DNA from: Octopus sinensis | Taxonomy: Eukaryota | NCBI RefSeq assembly: GCF_006345805.1 | Contig: NC_043014.1 | Location: 14,012,001 to 14,076,000, forward strand | DNA length: 64,000 nucleotides | Direction: 5' to 3' | Shown here: in pieces, positions 1 to 13,510 of the stretch | How the letters are laid out: every line of letters starts with the position of its first letter | How positions within the stretch are numbered: position 1 is the first letter of the stretch | Made by a program: the position numbers and the translations under genes | The notes under the pieces: generated by a model | The model's database searches: none | Told to the model about the DNA's origin: nothing | The model's input: only the letters and a program-made list of their open reading frames with translations

Positions 1-1123
1 CCACTAATGTTGCTGCTATAAATTTATATTACTGTTCTACAATGATCGGCCTGGTTGGTTGGTTGGTTGGGTTGGTTGGTTTTTGGTGAAAATACAGAGT
101 TGATGATGAATTACATTTAACACAACATTGGCAGTCCCAGCTTCAATTAATCTCTCATTCAGTGGATGTTGCTGGGCTGTTGGCCTGTTATTGCTGTAGC
201 TGTTATTGTTGTTGTTTAGATAACAAAACATATAAGCTATAGATTTACTTAAGAAGAATTATTCAGTCTAACGTAAATACAATTTCTTTCCCTTCTCTCT
301 CTCTCTTCCCTGAGGAATTCAATAATTTTAGTAAACACTAAAATAGATTTTTGTTTTTTATTCAACAACAGTAATTAATATATTGTTTGTTGTATTCAAT
401 ATATCAAATGAATTTCCACAGTAACCATGTAACTATAAGTGCAGGCATTGGGTGTGTGGTTCAGAAGCTTGATTTCCAGTTGTGAGAACTTGGGTTCAGT
501 CCCACTGTGTAGTACCTTGAGCAAGTATCTTCTACTATAGCCCCAGGGCTGACCAAAGCCTTGAGAGCAGATGTGATAGATAGAACTGAAAAACACCCTT
601 CATATGCATGCATGCATATATGTGCGTGAATGTATGTATGTATGTATGATGTGCGTAAATGTATTTATGTGTGTGTATGTGTGTGTATGTATGTATGTAG
701 GTATGTATGTGTGTATGTGTGTGTGTATGTATGTGTGTGTCTTTGTGTTTGTCTTCAACAACAACTTGACAACTGGTGTTGGTTTGTTTATATCTCTGTA
801 ACTTAGCGGTTCAGCATAAGTGACTGTTAGAATAAGTACCAGAGATTTTTTTTTAAATGTCGTTGGGTGGAGTCAATTTATTTCACTAAACCCTTTAAGG
901 CAGCGGCCCAACATGTCTACAATCCAATGTCTGAAACTAGTAAAAGATAAAAGATATTTTTGTAGTTTAATGTTAGGTCAACTCTGATTGACCAGACCTA
1001 TGATCAAAAAGCATTCCGATCATACTCATCCTGTCTTTGTAGAGGTATTTTATCTAATTTATCCATCTACATTTAAGATGAGAGAATGTAATTTAAAGAA
1101 GATTAGCATTCAGACTACACTAT

Positions 1124-1286
1124 AGGCACAAGAGTGGCTGTGTGGTAAGTAGCTTGCTAACCAACCACGTGGTTCTGGGCTCAGTCCCACTGCCTGGCAT
1201 CTTGGGCAAATGTCTTCTGCTATAGCCCCGGTCCGACCAATGCCTTGTGAGTGGATTTGGTAGACGGAAACTGAAAGAAGCCTGTC

Positions 1287-1336
<50 letters not shown>

Positions 1337-1519
1337 TTGTGTGTCTGTGTTTGTCCCCTTAGCATTGCTTCACAACCGATGCTGGTCCGGCAAAAGAGAC
1401 CGATAGAATAAATACTGGGCTTACAAAGAATAAGTCCCGGGGTCGATTTGCTCGACTAAAGGCGGTGCTCCAGCATGGTCACAGTCAAATGACTGAAACA
1501 AGTAAAAGAGTAAAAGAGA
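1124..1519 (+). mobile_element. tRNA-derived SINE, family 1
   Basis: Head GAGTGGCTGTGTGGTAAG..GGTTC..GCTCAGTCCC; central (TA)n(TG)n; tail (GTAAAAGA)n. Confidence 0.9.
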
Positions 1520-2409
1520 GAGAGAGAGTATCAAATTTGGTGCTTATTTATTCACATCATTTGGAGTTAATCATGCATTATTTCATAGCTTCAGATTTCG
1601 CTGATGTGATTGTTTAGTTTTAGAATAACATTGTAGAGTGGGTGTGAGAAGCAGGATCTGACCAGTTTGGACATAAAACAGGTAGAATATTTGGGCTGAA
1701 TATGGCTGGTTTAAATGCTAAAGGGTTAAGCTGCTTTTTCTAGACAGTTGAGTGACAACATGGTAGGTCACTCAGTGGCTTAAGAAACCTACTGTGTATG
1801 GAGGAATGCAAAGAATGTGAAGAATGCAAAGATATTTTTAATAATAATATTATTGTCATTAAACCAGTCTTTCACTGAACACTCAGGAAGCTCCTTCAAA
1901 GAATATACAACGTTATTGATTCGGTGTCATTGTTTTTAATGACCATTTTTCTATGCTCACATGGGTTGGACAGATTTCATTGTGGCAGATTTTTCAGGGC
2001 CAGATACTGCGCCTGACGCCAGCCCTCACCAGTTTCCAAGTAGGGCAATATTTCCCCCTTGCCCAGACAAGTTATTGTGGGAGGTTGGAAATGAAGGACA
2101 CTTCTTGCATGAGTAACACTTGTTTACAAATATTACATAAAGTCAAGGCAAGGAGACAGTAACATGCACACACACATACACACACACACTGGGCTTCTTC
2201 CAGTTTCCATCTACCAAATCCATTTACAGGGCTACAGTAGAATTGCCCAAGGTATCACACAGTGGGACTGAAACTGAAACTTTGTGGTTCGGAGACAAAT
2301 TTCTTACCATACAGTTATGCCTATACCTAACCAATATAAAAACATTCCTATCTTTAAAAAGGCACACAACCTTTTACCATATAGTCAATTAGTATCGCCT
2401 GTAACTTAC

Positions 2410-2472
2410 TGAATTCTTTGACTAGGCTACAACTGAGGTTATTCAATGGAGAATACACTTAGGTATCTCCTC
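2410..2472 (-). other. Candidate 63-nt exon, closed in all frames
   Basis: tattcttttccttctctgggacag| … TCA|gtaagt; stops in all three frames, so non-coding if real. Confidence 0.25.
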
Positions 2473-3260
2473 CTGTCCCAGAGAAGGAAAAGAATATTTG
2501 TTTAGTATACAGTGGTAATATTATTGCGGTCAACTTTGACCAATGATCAAAGATATTCCAGTTATGATTACGGTATAACGTTTTACCTTTTTTTTAATCA
2601 TTTTACTTGTTGCAGTCATTGGACTTCAGCCATACTAGGGAGCCATCTCAAAGTGTATAGTTGAGCAAATCAACATGAGTACTTATTTTTAAGTTTGGTA
2701 TTTATTCTATCAATCTCTTTTGTCAAACCACTATGTTATGGCGACATACACAAACCAATGGTGATATGTGGCTTAGTGGTTAGGATGTTGGACTCATAAC
2801 TGTATGGTTAAGGTTTTGATTCCTGGACTAGGCAATGTGTTGTATTCTTGAGTAAAACTCTTCATTTTACATTGTTCCTGTCCACTCAGCTGGCAAAAAT
2901 AAGTATTTCTGCAACAGATTGGTGTCCCATCCAGTGGGGAATAGACATTCTAAGGAATCCTGGAAACTGGCCCTATCAAGAAGTGGTGAGGTTCAAATAT
3001 GAGCACACAAAGACAGACACACTTGCACTATACACAGTTTCCATCAACCAAATTCACTTGTAAGACATTGGTTGGTCCAGGGCTATAATACTTGCCCAAG
3101 GTATCATGCAGTGGAACTGAACTGGAAACGTGGTTGCAAAATGAGTTTTTTAACTATACAACCATGCTTGTGCTCATATATATAAAACACTATTTAATGT
3201 TACGGAGATGTACTTGCATAGCAAGTGACCTGATCTGAGATCGTATGCTGGAACGAAAAC

Positions 3261-3467
3261 AATTGCAGCATGGAAGGTGTTTATAAGCCATTTAGATTCA
3301 CTTCAACATTTAAATTTAATTTGTCAAAATATTTTCGTCATCAGTGAACAGGTCGCAGTCTCAAAGTGACGAAAATATTTTGACAAATTAAATTTAAATG
3401 TGGAAGTGAATCTAACAGATTCTGTATGTTTCTTAAATGGCTTATAAACACCTTCCATGCTGCAATT
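3261..3467. repeat. Inverted repeat / fold-back element
   Basis: Arm 3261-3340 is the reverse complement of 3367-3467, apart from a ~20-nt insertion in the right arm. Confidence 0.85.
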
Positions 3468-5660
3468 ATTTAATGTAATCTTTCTTTACAATGGTAAGCA
3501 TCATCATCATCATCAGATAACATCCGTTTTCCATGCTGGCATGGTTTGGACAGTTTGACAGGAGCTGGCAAGCCAGAAGACTGCACCAGGCTTCACTGTC
3601 TGTTTTGGCATGGTTTTTACAGCTGGAGGCCGTTCCTAATGCCAACCACCTTACAGAGTGAAGTGAATGCTTTTTACATGACACCAGCACTGGTGAGGGG
3701 TGTGAATTGTGGGAGATTTAGTTGCTATTTCTAGCTGTTTGAAATACCAATAGAGGCTCCCACGATGAGTCAGTATAGCTTACAATGTTGAACTGTACTT
3801 CCCCACAATATCTATAATATTGTTAGTTAAACTGCTATTGTTAAAAATATCATCTTTTTGATTAGTAGCTTGGTACCCTAAACAACCTAACCAGCTCTGA
3901 CTCTTCTCTATTTTCTAACAGTATTAATTTAATTCACACCATCACCGCCACTAATGTAATATAAACTCGTGAAAGTATAGAATCTAAAACCATAAAGAAT
4001 CCAAGCTATTCTCTTGCATCATATCACAATTTCAAGAAAAAACTATTATTATGCAACTCTCCATCTTTAATTAGATATTAAATATTCTCTAGTACAATGT
4101 AAATGGGGAATTATTCAGTGTGTTAAAAATATACAGTTCAGAAAGATCATTTTATATTTGACAAAAAGATGAAGATGTACGTCTCTGTAGCATGTAGCTT
4201 TGATCTTGTATTAAGCTAATGAGTCTCCCCTAGGACAGAACAGGAAGGAGATAACTCTATTCATGCTAACAATCCACAAATATCTTACATGTTACAGTTA
4301 TTGTTGCATAACTTTAGATTAACAATTAACTCAGATCAAGAAGAAGACCTATGATCAAAGATTACAGCTGTATGTTTAAGAAGTTCACTTCTCAACAATG
4401 TGGTTTCAGGTTCTATCCCACTGCATGGCATCTTGGGAAAGTTGTTTTCTATTATATATTTCTTTACTACCCACAAGGGGCTAAACACAGAGGGGACAAA
4501 CAAGAACAGACAAACGGATTAAGTCAATTACATCGACCCCAGTGTGTAACTGGTACTTAATTTATCGACCCTGAAAGGATGAAAGGCAAAGTCAACCTCG
4601 GTGGAATTTGAACTCAGAATGCAGCGGCGGACGAAATATCACAAAGCATTTCACCCAGCGTGCTAACATTTCTGCCAGCTCGCCGCCGTTGTTTTCTATT
4701 ATAGCCCCAGACTGACCAAAGCCTTGTGATGGAAACTGTGTGAAAGTATATTATGAAGAACCATTACTGTTCATGGGTGGGAGACTTAATCAGTCAACTG
4801 ATTTCCTATTACGTTTGATACCCTGGTATCCATTCCACTGCAAGCTTTTGGTCCTGATCTCAAGTCTGAGGATAATTCCCTACTTTTTTCCCATAAGTCT
4901 GAGCCCCTACAAAAAAGGTAGGAGTCCTACCAATTGTTCCTCATTCCTCTGACTGATCCATTAAAAAAATGGTGTTCCAACCATGGCTACCCTGTCAGTT
5001 TACATTTCTAACATTAAAAGAAGAAGTCATGAGAATCACACTCTCATTTCTCCTAACCTATATATTTGAAAGATTTTGCATATGTAAGGAGTCATTATAG
5101 TATACATTGGGGTTTAAATCGATCACATTTTAGCTTTATGGATTCAATAAAGCAAGCCCTACAAGTCCCTCAAAAGTGTTGCTACATGGCCACAGAGCTT
5201 ATCTGAAAGTAACTGCCAAATTTCCCTCAAATCCCATGTAAATCTCTTTCAAAAGGAAGAACACACTAGATAATGTCACCTTAACCCGAAAATAAAACAA
5301 AAGAAAAAAAGTAGGACAGACACAAAGTAGGAAGCCTTTGATCTAAGGTCTGTTCAATGAAGGTTCACTTAGGGTTAAACAACAACACAAAATAAATACC
5401 CCTATTATACAAATACTGATTTGATTCCCTGTACCCATCTGTTGCTAAACTTGGCCAAGTGCCAAGCATCAATACTATTTGTTATATTTATAATCAATTT
5501 ATTATAAGTGATAACATGTTGGTCAATGTATTCCTTCTGGAATTTCAGCAATGAACTGAATATTTTAACATGGATTTCAAGTATTTAATAATGCTTTGAC
5601 TTTTTTTGTTTTGTTATGCGAATTATAAAAGCTGTAGAATGTAATACAAATGTAGAATGT

Positions 5661-5997
5661 GAAGGTGCATGGCTCAGTGGTTAGAGTATCAAGCTTACTA
5701 TTGCAAGGTTGTGAGTTCGATTCCCAGACCGGGCTGCGTATTGTGTTCTTGAGCAAGACACTTTATTTCACGTTACACCAGTTAACTCAGCTGTAGAAAT
5801 GAGTTGCGACATCACTAGTGCCAAGCTGTATCAGCCTTTGCCTTCCCCTTGGATAACATCAGCGGTGTGGAAAGGGGAGGCTGGTATGTATGGGTGACTG
5901 CTGGCCTTCCGTAAACAATCTTGCCCAGACTTGTGCCTCGATGGGTAACTTTCTAGGTGCTATCCCATGGTCATTCATGACCAAAGGGGGTCTCCTC
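5661..5997 (+). mobile_element. tRNA-derived SINE family 3
   Basis: TGGCTCAGTGG A box, GAGTTCGATTCCC B box, GTGTTCTTGAGCAAGACACTT domain; TAGAATGT duplicated on the flanks. Related copies at ~2760-2960(+), 11085-11395(+), 20540-20815(-). Confidence 0.85.
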
Positions 5998-6297
5998 TAG
6001 AATGTAATACAAATCTATAGTGTTTGGAATTGAACCCTTATTTCCAAGACAGCTAAATTAATACATCTATTCTTGTTTATCAAGAATAGATGTAATAGTT
6101 AAATGAAAGTGGAACACTGTGTTAAATGAATCAGTGCTAAATGGATAAGAGAACATATGGGAAAAATTGATTTCTTTCTGAGGCCATATGGCCTCATATA
6201 TATGGCTCACTCATATGATAGTTTCCTTACTAGCTCAAAGACTATTTCCTTAAGTACCTAGGTCATATCTGCCTGGCAGAGTCAATTTTTTACACAG

Positions 6298-6384
6298 GAT
6301 TTTAACACAGCACTGCAATCTAACAAAACAATTGCTAACTATATAGGGTTCCCGTTGCTTTCAGCTACTAGCTATAGTAATTAC
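6298..6384 (+). other. Candidate exon (87 nt, open)
   Basis: aattttttacacag|DFNTALQSNKTIANYIGFPLLSATSYSNY|gtaagc; no recognised homologue. Confidence 0.2.
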
Positions 6385-6742
6385 GTAAGCTTAGGTGGAC
6401 TAAAATAGCTCAAAGCTAAGTCTCTTGACCACCAGATGGCTGGAGTGCAGTCAACTCTACTAGCTAAAGCTTTATATTTACAAGTTAGTTTCAACAAAGC
6501 AGTTACAAATGCCAGAGTAGAAAGGACGTTGGTTTATAGCTTCAGGACTAAAAATTTATATACCATCACTTATTCTATATGTCACTAGTAAAGTATATTT
6601 AACTTTCAAAATGTACAGTTTAAGAGAATTCAAGTCAGAGTTACTTCACGGCTTTAAGAGGACTAAATAATTGAAAAGGGTTCACTTAAAATGTTACCAT
6701 ATTCCTGTTGAGATGCTGTGTGTTTCTTTCAATTAATTTTTT

Positions 6743-7288
6743 TAAAAGCGTGGGGCATAAAGATCTCCCACATTTGGAGGAGACACCATGTGGACGTAAG
6801 TAGAAGTAGAGAGGCGGGACAAGTTTCATTTGGAAGGCTAAGATTTACCATTTTTGTATTCATTACTAATTACTCAAAAACTTCTTTTTTTTTTAAGGTT
6901 CAACCATTTTCGTATTCATCATTACTTACTCAAAAACTTTAAGGGGAGACATAGGGTAGTCAGCAAAATCACCAGATTTAAGCCCTCGTGACTTTTTCCT
7001 TTAAGGAATAAGTTTTCTGACATCATCCTCAAACTCTTGAGGATTTGAAAGAAAGAATTCATGAAGAAATCAATGCAATACCACCTGAGATGACACAGAG
7101 AGTCATGGAGAACTTCTGGAACGACTGCATCAATGTATTGCCAACAACTGTCACCATTTGCCTAATAAAGTTTTTAAACTGTTTTTTTATGTATTTTTCA
7201 GAAACATGATAAAATTTTTCCCAGATGGTTGTGCTCTCTTTTTATATTCATTCACAACATGGGGGATCTTTATGCCCCGCCCTTTATA
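6743..7288 (+). mobile_element. Internally deleted Tc1/mariner element
   Basis: TIRs GGGGCATAAAGATC(T/C)CCC; relic SPDLSPRDFFL..HPQTLEDLKERIHEEINAIPPEMTQRVMENF (DD..D-type C-terminus). Confidence 0.8.
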
Positions 7289-10200
7289 ACAAAAGAATTT
7301 AATAAAATAACTTAGTTATCATTAAGCTAGTGTTGGGAACATAAATTGTAATTATGGTTTGGTGGAAGATTTTAATTCAGAGCTTTTGAAAACAAAACAT
7401 TTGTACTACAGAACCAGGGGCGATTTCAGGTGGGTTGGTATCAAAAGGGTTAAGATGCAATATTCATCATCATCATCATTATTTTAACATCCTCTTTTGC
7501 GTGACTCAGACAGAATTTACCGAGGCAAAGTTTCTATAGGTGACCAGATGCCCTTCCTGTCACAAACCCTTACCTGTTTCCAAGTAAGGTAATATTTCTT
7601 ATGACCAGATATGTTTTCACAGAATGTTGAAAATGAAAGGCACTGCTTGCATGACAGTGGCAATCGTTTACAACTATCATGTGATGTCAAGGCAAAGAGA
7701 CAGAAACACACACATGTATGTGCATGCACACACACACATATATAACAGGCTTCTTTCAGTTTCCACGTACTAAATCTACTCACAAGGCTTTGGTCATCCC
7801 AGGACTACAGCAGAAGACACTGCTGTTCAAGAATTTGGACCTGGAGATCTCCATTTCCAGCGACTTCGAGGGCCCCCTCCCAGTGGTATCAGGCATCAAC
7901 AAAGAGCCCTTGACTACAAGATGACCAAAGTTTTTTTTTTTTCCAAGGTCTGGGGTCTCCCGCCCCTAAGCCCTAGACCATCACCTAATCACCCTTACCA
8001 GTCTTGTTGCTTAACAACAACAACAACAACAGCAGAAGACACTTGCCTAAGGTGCCATGTAGTGAGACTGAATTCAACACTGTGGGTTTGGCAAACAAGC
8101 TTCTTACCACACAGTTATGCCTGGGTTTAAATAATCATATGATCAGAACAAAAGTCAAGATAATTGTGTCTTGTCCAGAAAGAGATAAATATCTCTGGAC
8201 TATTTAATACTTTGAGGTGGTGGCAGTGTTGGTGGTTGTTTAACCTTGTGTCAGCCCTAATCAAGCAAACCTACGATCAAAAGGTTTAAAGCTTTAACTA
8301 TTTTCATCATTCTTTCCTAGACATAGTAACTCAAGGCCTACATTTTACAAGGTCCCTTTTTCCTTTATTTAAGTTGATAAAGTCTGGTATAATAACAAGA
8401 AACAAAATAAGTAGCCAGCACTTTTCTGATTCCGTACTTTAATAAAAGTATATAGCATAGCTTTCAGATTTATATTTTATAATCAGCGAAGATTTCTAGG
8501 CATTCCACCTGAAAAACTAAACAAACAGATTACTTCCCAAGAGAACGCAATCCATCAGAAAGAATCCACGGCCCAAATGAATCAGATGCCTCCACATTAA
8601 TGTATATAATCCTACCTTACAAGATGCAAACAGACAGGTTTAGTCCAAGTAAAGAAACATCAACATCAAACTTCTTCAACAAGGCTACACAATCATGAAA
8701 GAGTAGCACTTTTAAAATAAATCAATACTTGACATGATTTGCACATTCCAAGTTGGCTGAAAATATTAATGTTTATGGCTAGAGATAATTAGCACATGAG
8801 GGAGAGAAATTTAGTTAGATCATTAACTTAAGAACCATCTACATTTTGATGATGATGATGATGGGGCGGTGGTAGTGGAGGTGGTGATGGTGGTGGTTTC
8901 ATGTATATTTTCGTAGCATAAACTTTCATGGTTTTTCACTATTTGGCTGCAACCATACTGCAGCACCTCAATTTTTTCTTTGTTTCTGCTTTTCAAGTTT
9001 GAACTTTGACACATCATTGAGGTACTTTTATAGCTATGTGCCTTTACCAACACCTCAAAGTGTGGAATCTATTGTCGGACAACCTGACCGAAGTATAGAT
9101 TTAATTTCTGACTAGCAGTCAAATACCTTCACCACAAAGTACTATCCCTAAACAATATCATCATCATCAACATTTAACATCCATTTTCCAAGCTGGCATG
9201 GGTTGGATGGTTTGACAGGAATTGGCAAGGCCAGGGTCCACACCAGGTGCCATAGTCTGTTTTGGCTTGGTTTCTGGAGCTGGATGCCTTTCCTAATGCA
9301 AACCACTCTACAGAGTGTACTGGGTGCTTTTTATGTGGCACCATCACCAATGCTTTTTAAGCAACACCTTAAGTAAGCCCCCCATACACCCACACCTGAT
9401 GCTAATAAAAGTCCCTAAACAGACTCCTTTCTGATATCTCAAGCTTTCTTCCTGGTACTTCAGAGAATTCATAAAGGCTAGTTAGCTCCAAATTTTTTTT
9501 TTTTCTATGAAGTTGAGTGAATGAGAAATAAATTTCTCACTGATTAGAATTCCAGTCTTTTACAAAATAACATTACCAAAAGATTAACTAGATAAACAAA
9601 GATGTATAGAAAATTTACAACCAAGATAGACAACAAAATGCTTGTAATGGATTTGATCTCAAGACCTACGAGCTGCCAAGCTAATTAAATTGCTTACTTT
9701 ACATTAATTTTATGGATATATTAAATTAATGGATATAAATAATGCATGAAGGACATTTAGCCAGAGAATATTAAAACAACTTTCTGAAGTTTTCAGATAA
9801 AAAAATATTAAAAAGAAGTAAAACTCCTAATGGTTTTTGCTAACTCAATTTATATGAAGAGGGCAAAGACTATGGTAATGAAAGAATTATTGATTTCTTT
9901 TACAAGCTTATAAATTGTAGAGGGCAGTTACAGTCAATTGTTACCCTGATACCAACTCATTATTCATGGTAATCATAAGCAATTACTAGTATGAGTTGCT
10001 ATGATAACACAATAATCCTTTTTTAGTTGTTTGAGAGTAGAAAATGCGGCATGCATCTTTTTGTTTGTTATCAGTAGAGATTTTAATTACTATTGAAGGA
10101 CTTTGGAATAGCAGGGTATAGAACCCCAGACAACATAGATAAAAGTGGGGGGTGTTTTTGAGGTGGGGTACCTTACATTTTCTGCTATTGCATAGCACTT

Positions 10201-10324
10201 TTAATAGAGAACAAAACACTTTTCTGGTAACAAATCATATGACAATTTTACCCTCAAATTAAGAAAGGATTATTCTGACAGTAACTTAAACGAGCAATTA
10301 CTTAAAATTACCATAAATAATCCA

Positions 10325-10670
10325 GGACAATGTTCCGGTCCTTGTAGTGATTTAGTGGCTTGTGTACTTCAATGACCCTAAGAGCTATACTAGTGGAGCA
10401 CAAGTGCCAGGATAGGGCCTCCCATGCATGAACAGGTCAGAGAGTAGAGACCAGACTAATGCGGACTAACCTTACCTCCCGAGGTAAAAATGGGTTTATG
10501 TAGGGCCAACACCCCTATCTTAGAAAAAAGCAAAGTTACTGAACCATCAATGACAATTCAAAACCAAACCAACAAGATCTGAAAGAAGAAGAAAGCCCAG
10601 AGTGAAGAACAGTGAAGAAAAGTTATCCATGGCCTACATTTCATAGGGAGTAAACAGTATAAGTAAACCA
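10325..10670 (+). mobile_element. RTE-derived short element (5' UTR-like segment joined to 3' end)
   Basis: gggcctcccatgc..gtagggccaacacccct 5'-UTR-like motif joined to aaagcccag..gttatccatggcctacatttcatagggag..taagtaa RTE-type 3' end. Confidence 0.55.
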
Positions 10671-10682
10671 TAAATAAAAAGA

Positions 10683-11042
10683 GAACTCAGAGAGTGCAAA
10701 CCTCTGCCAAGGCAACACCAACATCCTCTCAACGATTAGCCAGAGATGATTTTTAAAATGAGAATATCTGAAAAAACACAACTGCTCTCAAAAACAAGAA
10801 AACTAAAAATGAAATCAACTGCTCTAAAAAAATTAAGTAAAAGAACCAGAAAAATAATCCAGAATCCTTGTCCAGTAACAGATCGATCTCAAAATCTAAT
10901 CATTTCATGCCAGTCATGAGGCCAAACATCCCTGAAAGTTTCATCCAAATCCATCCAATGGTTCTTGAGATATCTTGTCCACGGACAAACAAACAAATAC
11001 AGCTAAAAACAATACCTCTGCCTTCACTAAAGGCGAGGTAAT
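10683..11042 (+). mobile_element. Helitron/Helentron-like non-autonomous element
   Basis: 3' hairpin ACCTCTGCCTT-CACT-AAGGCGAGGT preceded by an (ACAA)n tract and an aagtttcatccaaatccatcc motif, resembling molluscan HINE-like repeats (from memory). Confidence 0.5.
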
Positions 11043-11435
11043 GAATTAGTAACGTGATTTTTACTTCAATTAGTACCATGTGTGAAGGCACATGGCTTAG
11101 TGTTTAGGGTATTCCACTCATGATTGTAAGGTTATGAGCTTGATTTCTGGCAGTGCATTGTTTCCATGGATATGACATTTTATTTCCAGTTGCTCTAGTT
11201 CATTCAGGTGGCAAAAATGAGTAACATCTGTGTTTCAATGAACCAACCTTGTGACATTCTGTGTCATGCTGAATCTTCCTGAGAACTACATTAAGGGTTT
11301 GCATGTTTGTGGAGTGCTCAGCCATTTGCATATTAATTCTATGAGCAGGCTTGTTCCATTGATCGGATCAACTGGAACCCTCATCGCCCTAACTAACAAA
11401 GTGCCAGTAGTATCATAGGAGTTGCAATTGACAAG

Positions 11436-11788
11436 TGTTGTTCATAAACCATTGGAGCGGCACAAGCAGTCAGCGCCATATTGGATGAGATCTCGCGATA
11501 GCCATTGCCATCTCCGAGACTGGAGTGAGACCTCACCTGCATCCATTTGCCATGCGCGAGATCACAACGAGGCTCACAATGGAAACTATATAAAGAGAAA
11601 ACCTTCTTCAAATCTCTCTTTTTTGGCGCCACCCTTCAGTAGCGCTGGAGGCAATTTGCACCTGCACTACTGGAGCTTCAGATGGTATATGAGAGCAACA
11701 CACTTCCCCTCTCCTGTAAATAAACCAGTTGTAAATAGCATTTATGCTTGAAGTCTTTTCTCTTCGCCTGCTGGAAGCCTGAACTACA
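11436..11788 (+). mobile_element. Probable solo LTR (Ty3/Gypsy-like)
   Basis: Termini TGTTGTT…AACTACA (6/7 inverted match); TATATAAA at 11587-11594; AATAAA at 11719-11724; CpG-rich relative to flanks. TSD only 3/5 (ACAAG/TAAAG). Confidence 0.6.
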
Positions 11789-12829
11789 TAAAGAACAAGA
11801 AGATGATGGAAGGAGACGATATTCCTCCGATATCATAAACCTTGCCTTCCATTATTAAACCATCATCCGCCTTGTGTTCTGTCTGTAGCAATGACATTCA
11901 AATCTTAAAAGACCCAGTCCATGTAAAGAACTTTTCTTATGGGGGTATTTCTATGCTAATCTCATGAATACAAAACAAACAGATTTAGTGAAACATCTAA
12001 AAACTGACCTGAAATTTTAAGAAAAATGATTTTACTGATTCAAGTATTTTTACTAATGGAGACATATCGCATATACATTCCCAAAAGAATGATGCTGTTA
12101 CTGTTATTGAATATATACTACGTGGACTGACAAGAGAGTGATCAAAAAACTGCTTCTGTTGCTTCTACTCTTCATTATATTATTCCTTTATTAGCTTATC
12201 TAACCATCTTTGTTAGCTCTTCAGGCAAGCCTGGACAGCAACTCAGTTTTGAATTCCTATTGAAGCCATGTATTTTTTCTACTCACATTGTTTATTTATG
12301 TCTTTAAAAAAAAGAAAAAGAAAGAAAGAAATTCTTGGTTTACCTCTTCTTAAATAATTATGTCAGTATCTCTTTGTTCTTTCTTAATAATTAAACTTAC
12401 TTTCTGCAAATGCATTTTCATGTTTAGGCCCCGGCAGTGATTCAAGTAGATAATCTCATCCAACTGGACATGTTTATTTGTTAGTTAATAAGATACAACT
12501 TACTGTGTTGTACTAAGAAACAGTATTACTGTTTAGTGCTCCTCCAACATGCATGTCACAAGGCAACAGTGAAAAACACTGAGTGAAAGAGAAACAGAGA
12601 GAGGGAGAGAGAGAACACTGGATTGGATACTTTATTATATTTAGTTCAATACTTTGTGAGTGAAAATCCTGCCACAGACAATATTGCTTCCTTTGGTCTA
12701 AATGCATTGCGGTATAAAATTTTATGTCTGCCAATTTTACAAAGCTCAAACCATTTTGCTATAAAATCTGACTTTTGCCTGTTCAGAGTCAATTAAATAA
12801 GTACCAGTTATACACAAGGAAGCTATACA

Positions 12830-12985
12830 ATGGGTACCACTGGAGGGACGAAAGAAAAGAGGGAGACCCCAGGAGAGATGGTGTGCCACCTTTCAATAAA
12901 GATCTGAAGTAACTTAGCATCACTTGGGAAGATGCAGGTGACTAGGCTCAAAACTGCCCAAGGTACAAGAGGAAGGAACTAAGAC
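12830..12985 (+). pseudogene. RTE ORF C-terminal relic
   Basis: PLEGRKKRGRPQERWCATFNKDLK*LSITWEDAGD*AQN. Confidence 0.7.
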
Positions 12986-13002
12986 ACACACACATTATAT
13001 AT

Positions 13003-13046
<44 letters not shown>

Positions 13047-13054
13047 TATAAAAT

Positions 13055-13510
13055 CATCATCATCATCATCATCGTTTAATGTCTGCTTTCCATGCTAGCG
13101 TGGGTTGGATGATTTGACTGAGGACTGGCGAACCTGATGGCTGCACCAGACTCCAATCTGATCTCACAGTTTCTACAGCTGGATGCCCTTCCTAACGCCA
13201 ACCACTCCGAGAGTGCAGTGGGTGCTTTTACGTGCCAGTCAGCTGCTCTGAGAATGATCACGCTCGGATTGTGCTCTTAGTGCTCCACTAGCATGGATGC
13301 CAGTCATTGAATTTGATTTTGATTTCACTTGCCTCAACAGGTCTTCGCAAGCAGAGTTTAGTGTCCAATGAAGGAAAGGTATGTATAAGTGGGCTGGTTA
13401 CACCCCTGGCATAGACCACAAGGTTATGGTCACACTTGGCTTGCTGGGTCTTCTCAAGCACAGCATATTTCCAAAGGTCTCGGTCACTAGTCAATGCTTC
13501 ACCACCTCAT
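13055..13510 (-). mobile_element. RTE-clade LINE 3' end
   Basis: Encodes TSDRDLWKYAVLEKTQQAK* (RTE ORF C-terminus), followed by 3' UTR and (GAT)n tail. Confidence 0.8.

Noticed and set aside
5661-5740. tRNA-like A and B boxes here and in other SINE heads
   Set aside because: They continue into SINE bodies and I could not fold a convincing cloverleaf; not called as tRNA genes.
8480-8720. Coding-like text (NQRRFLGIPPEKLNKQ…; YIILPYKMQ…)
   Set aside because: Short frames broken by stops on both strands; no motif I could assign.
11587-11690. TATA + pyrimidine tract + ATG|gt, resembling a ribosomal-protein first exon
   Set aside because: No downstream ribosomal-protein exon found; TG…CA termini and AATAAA fit a solo LTR better.
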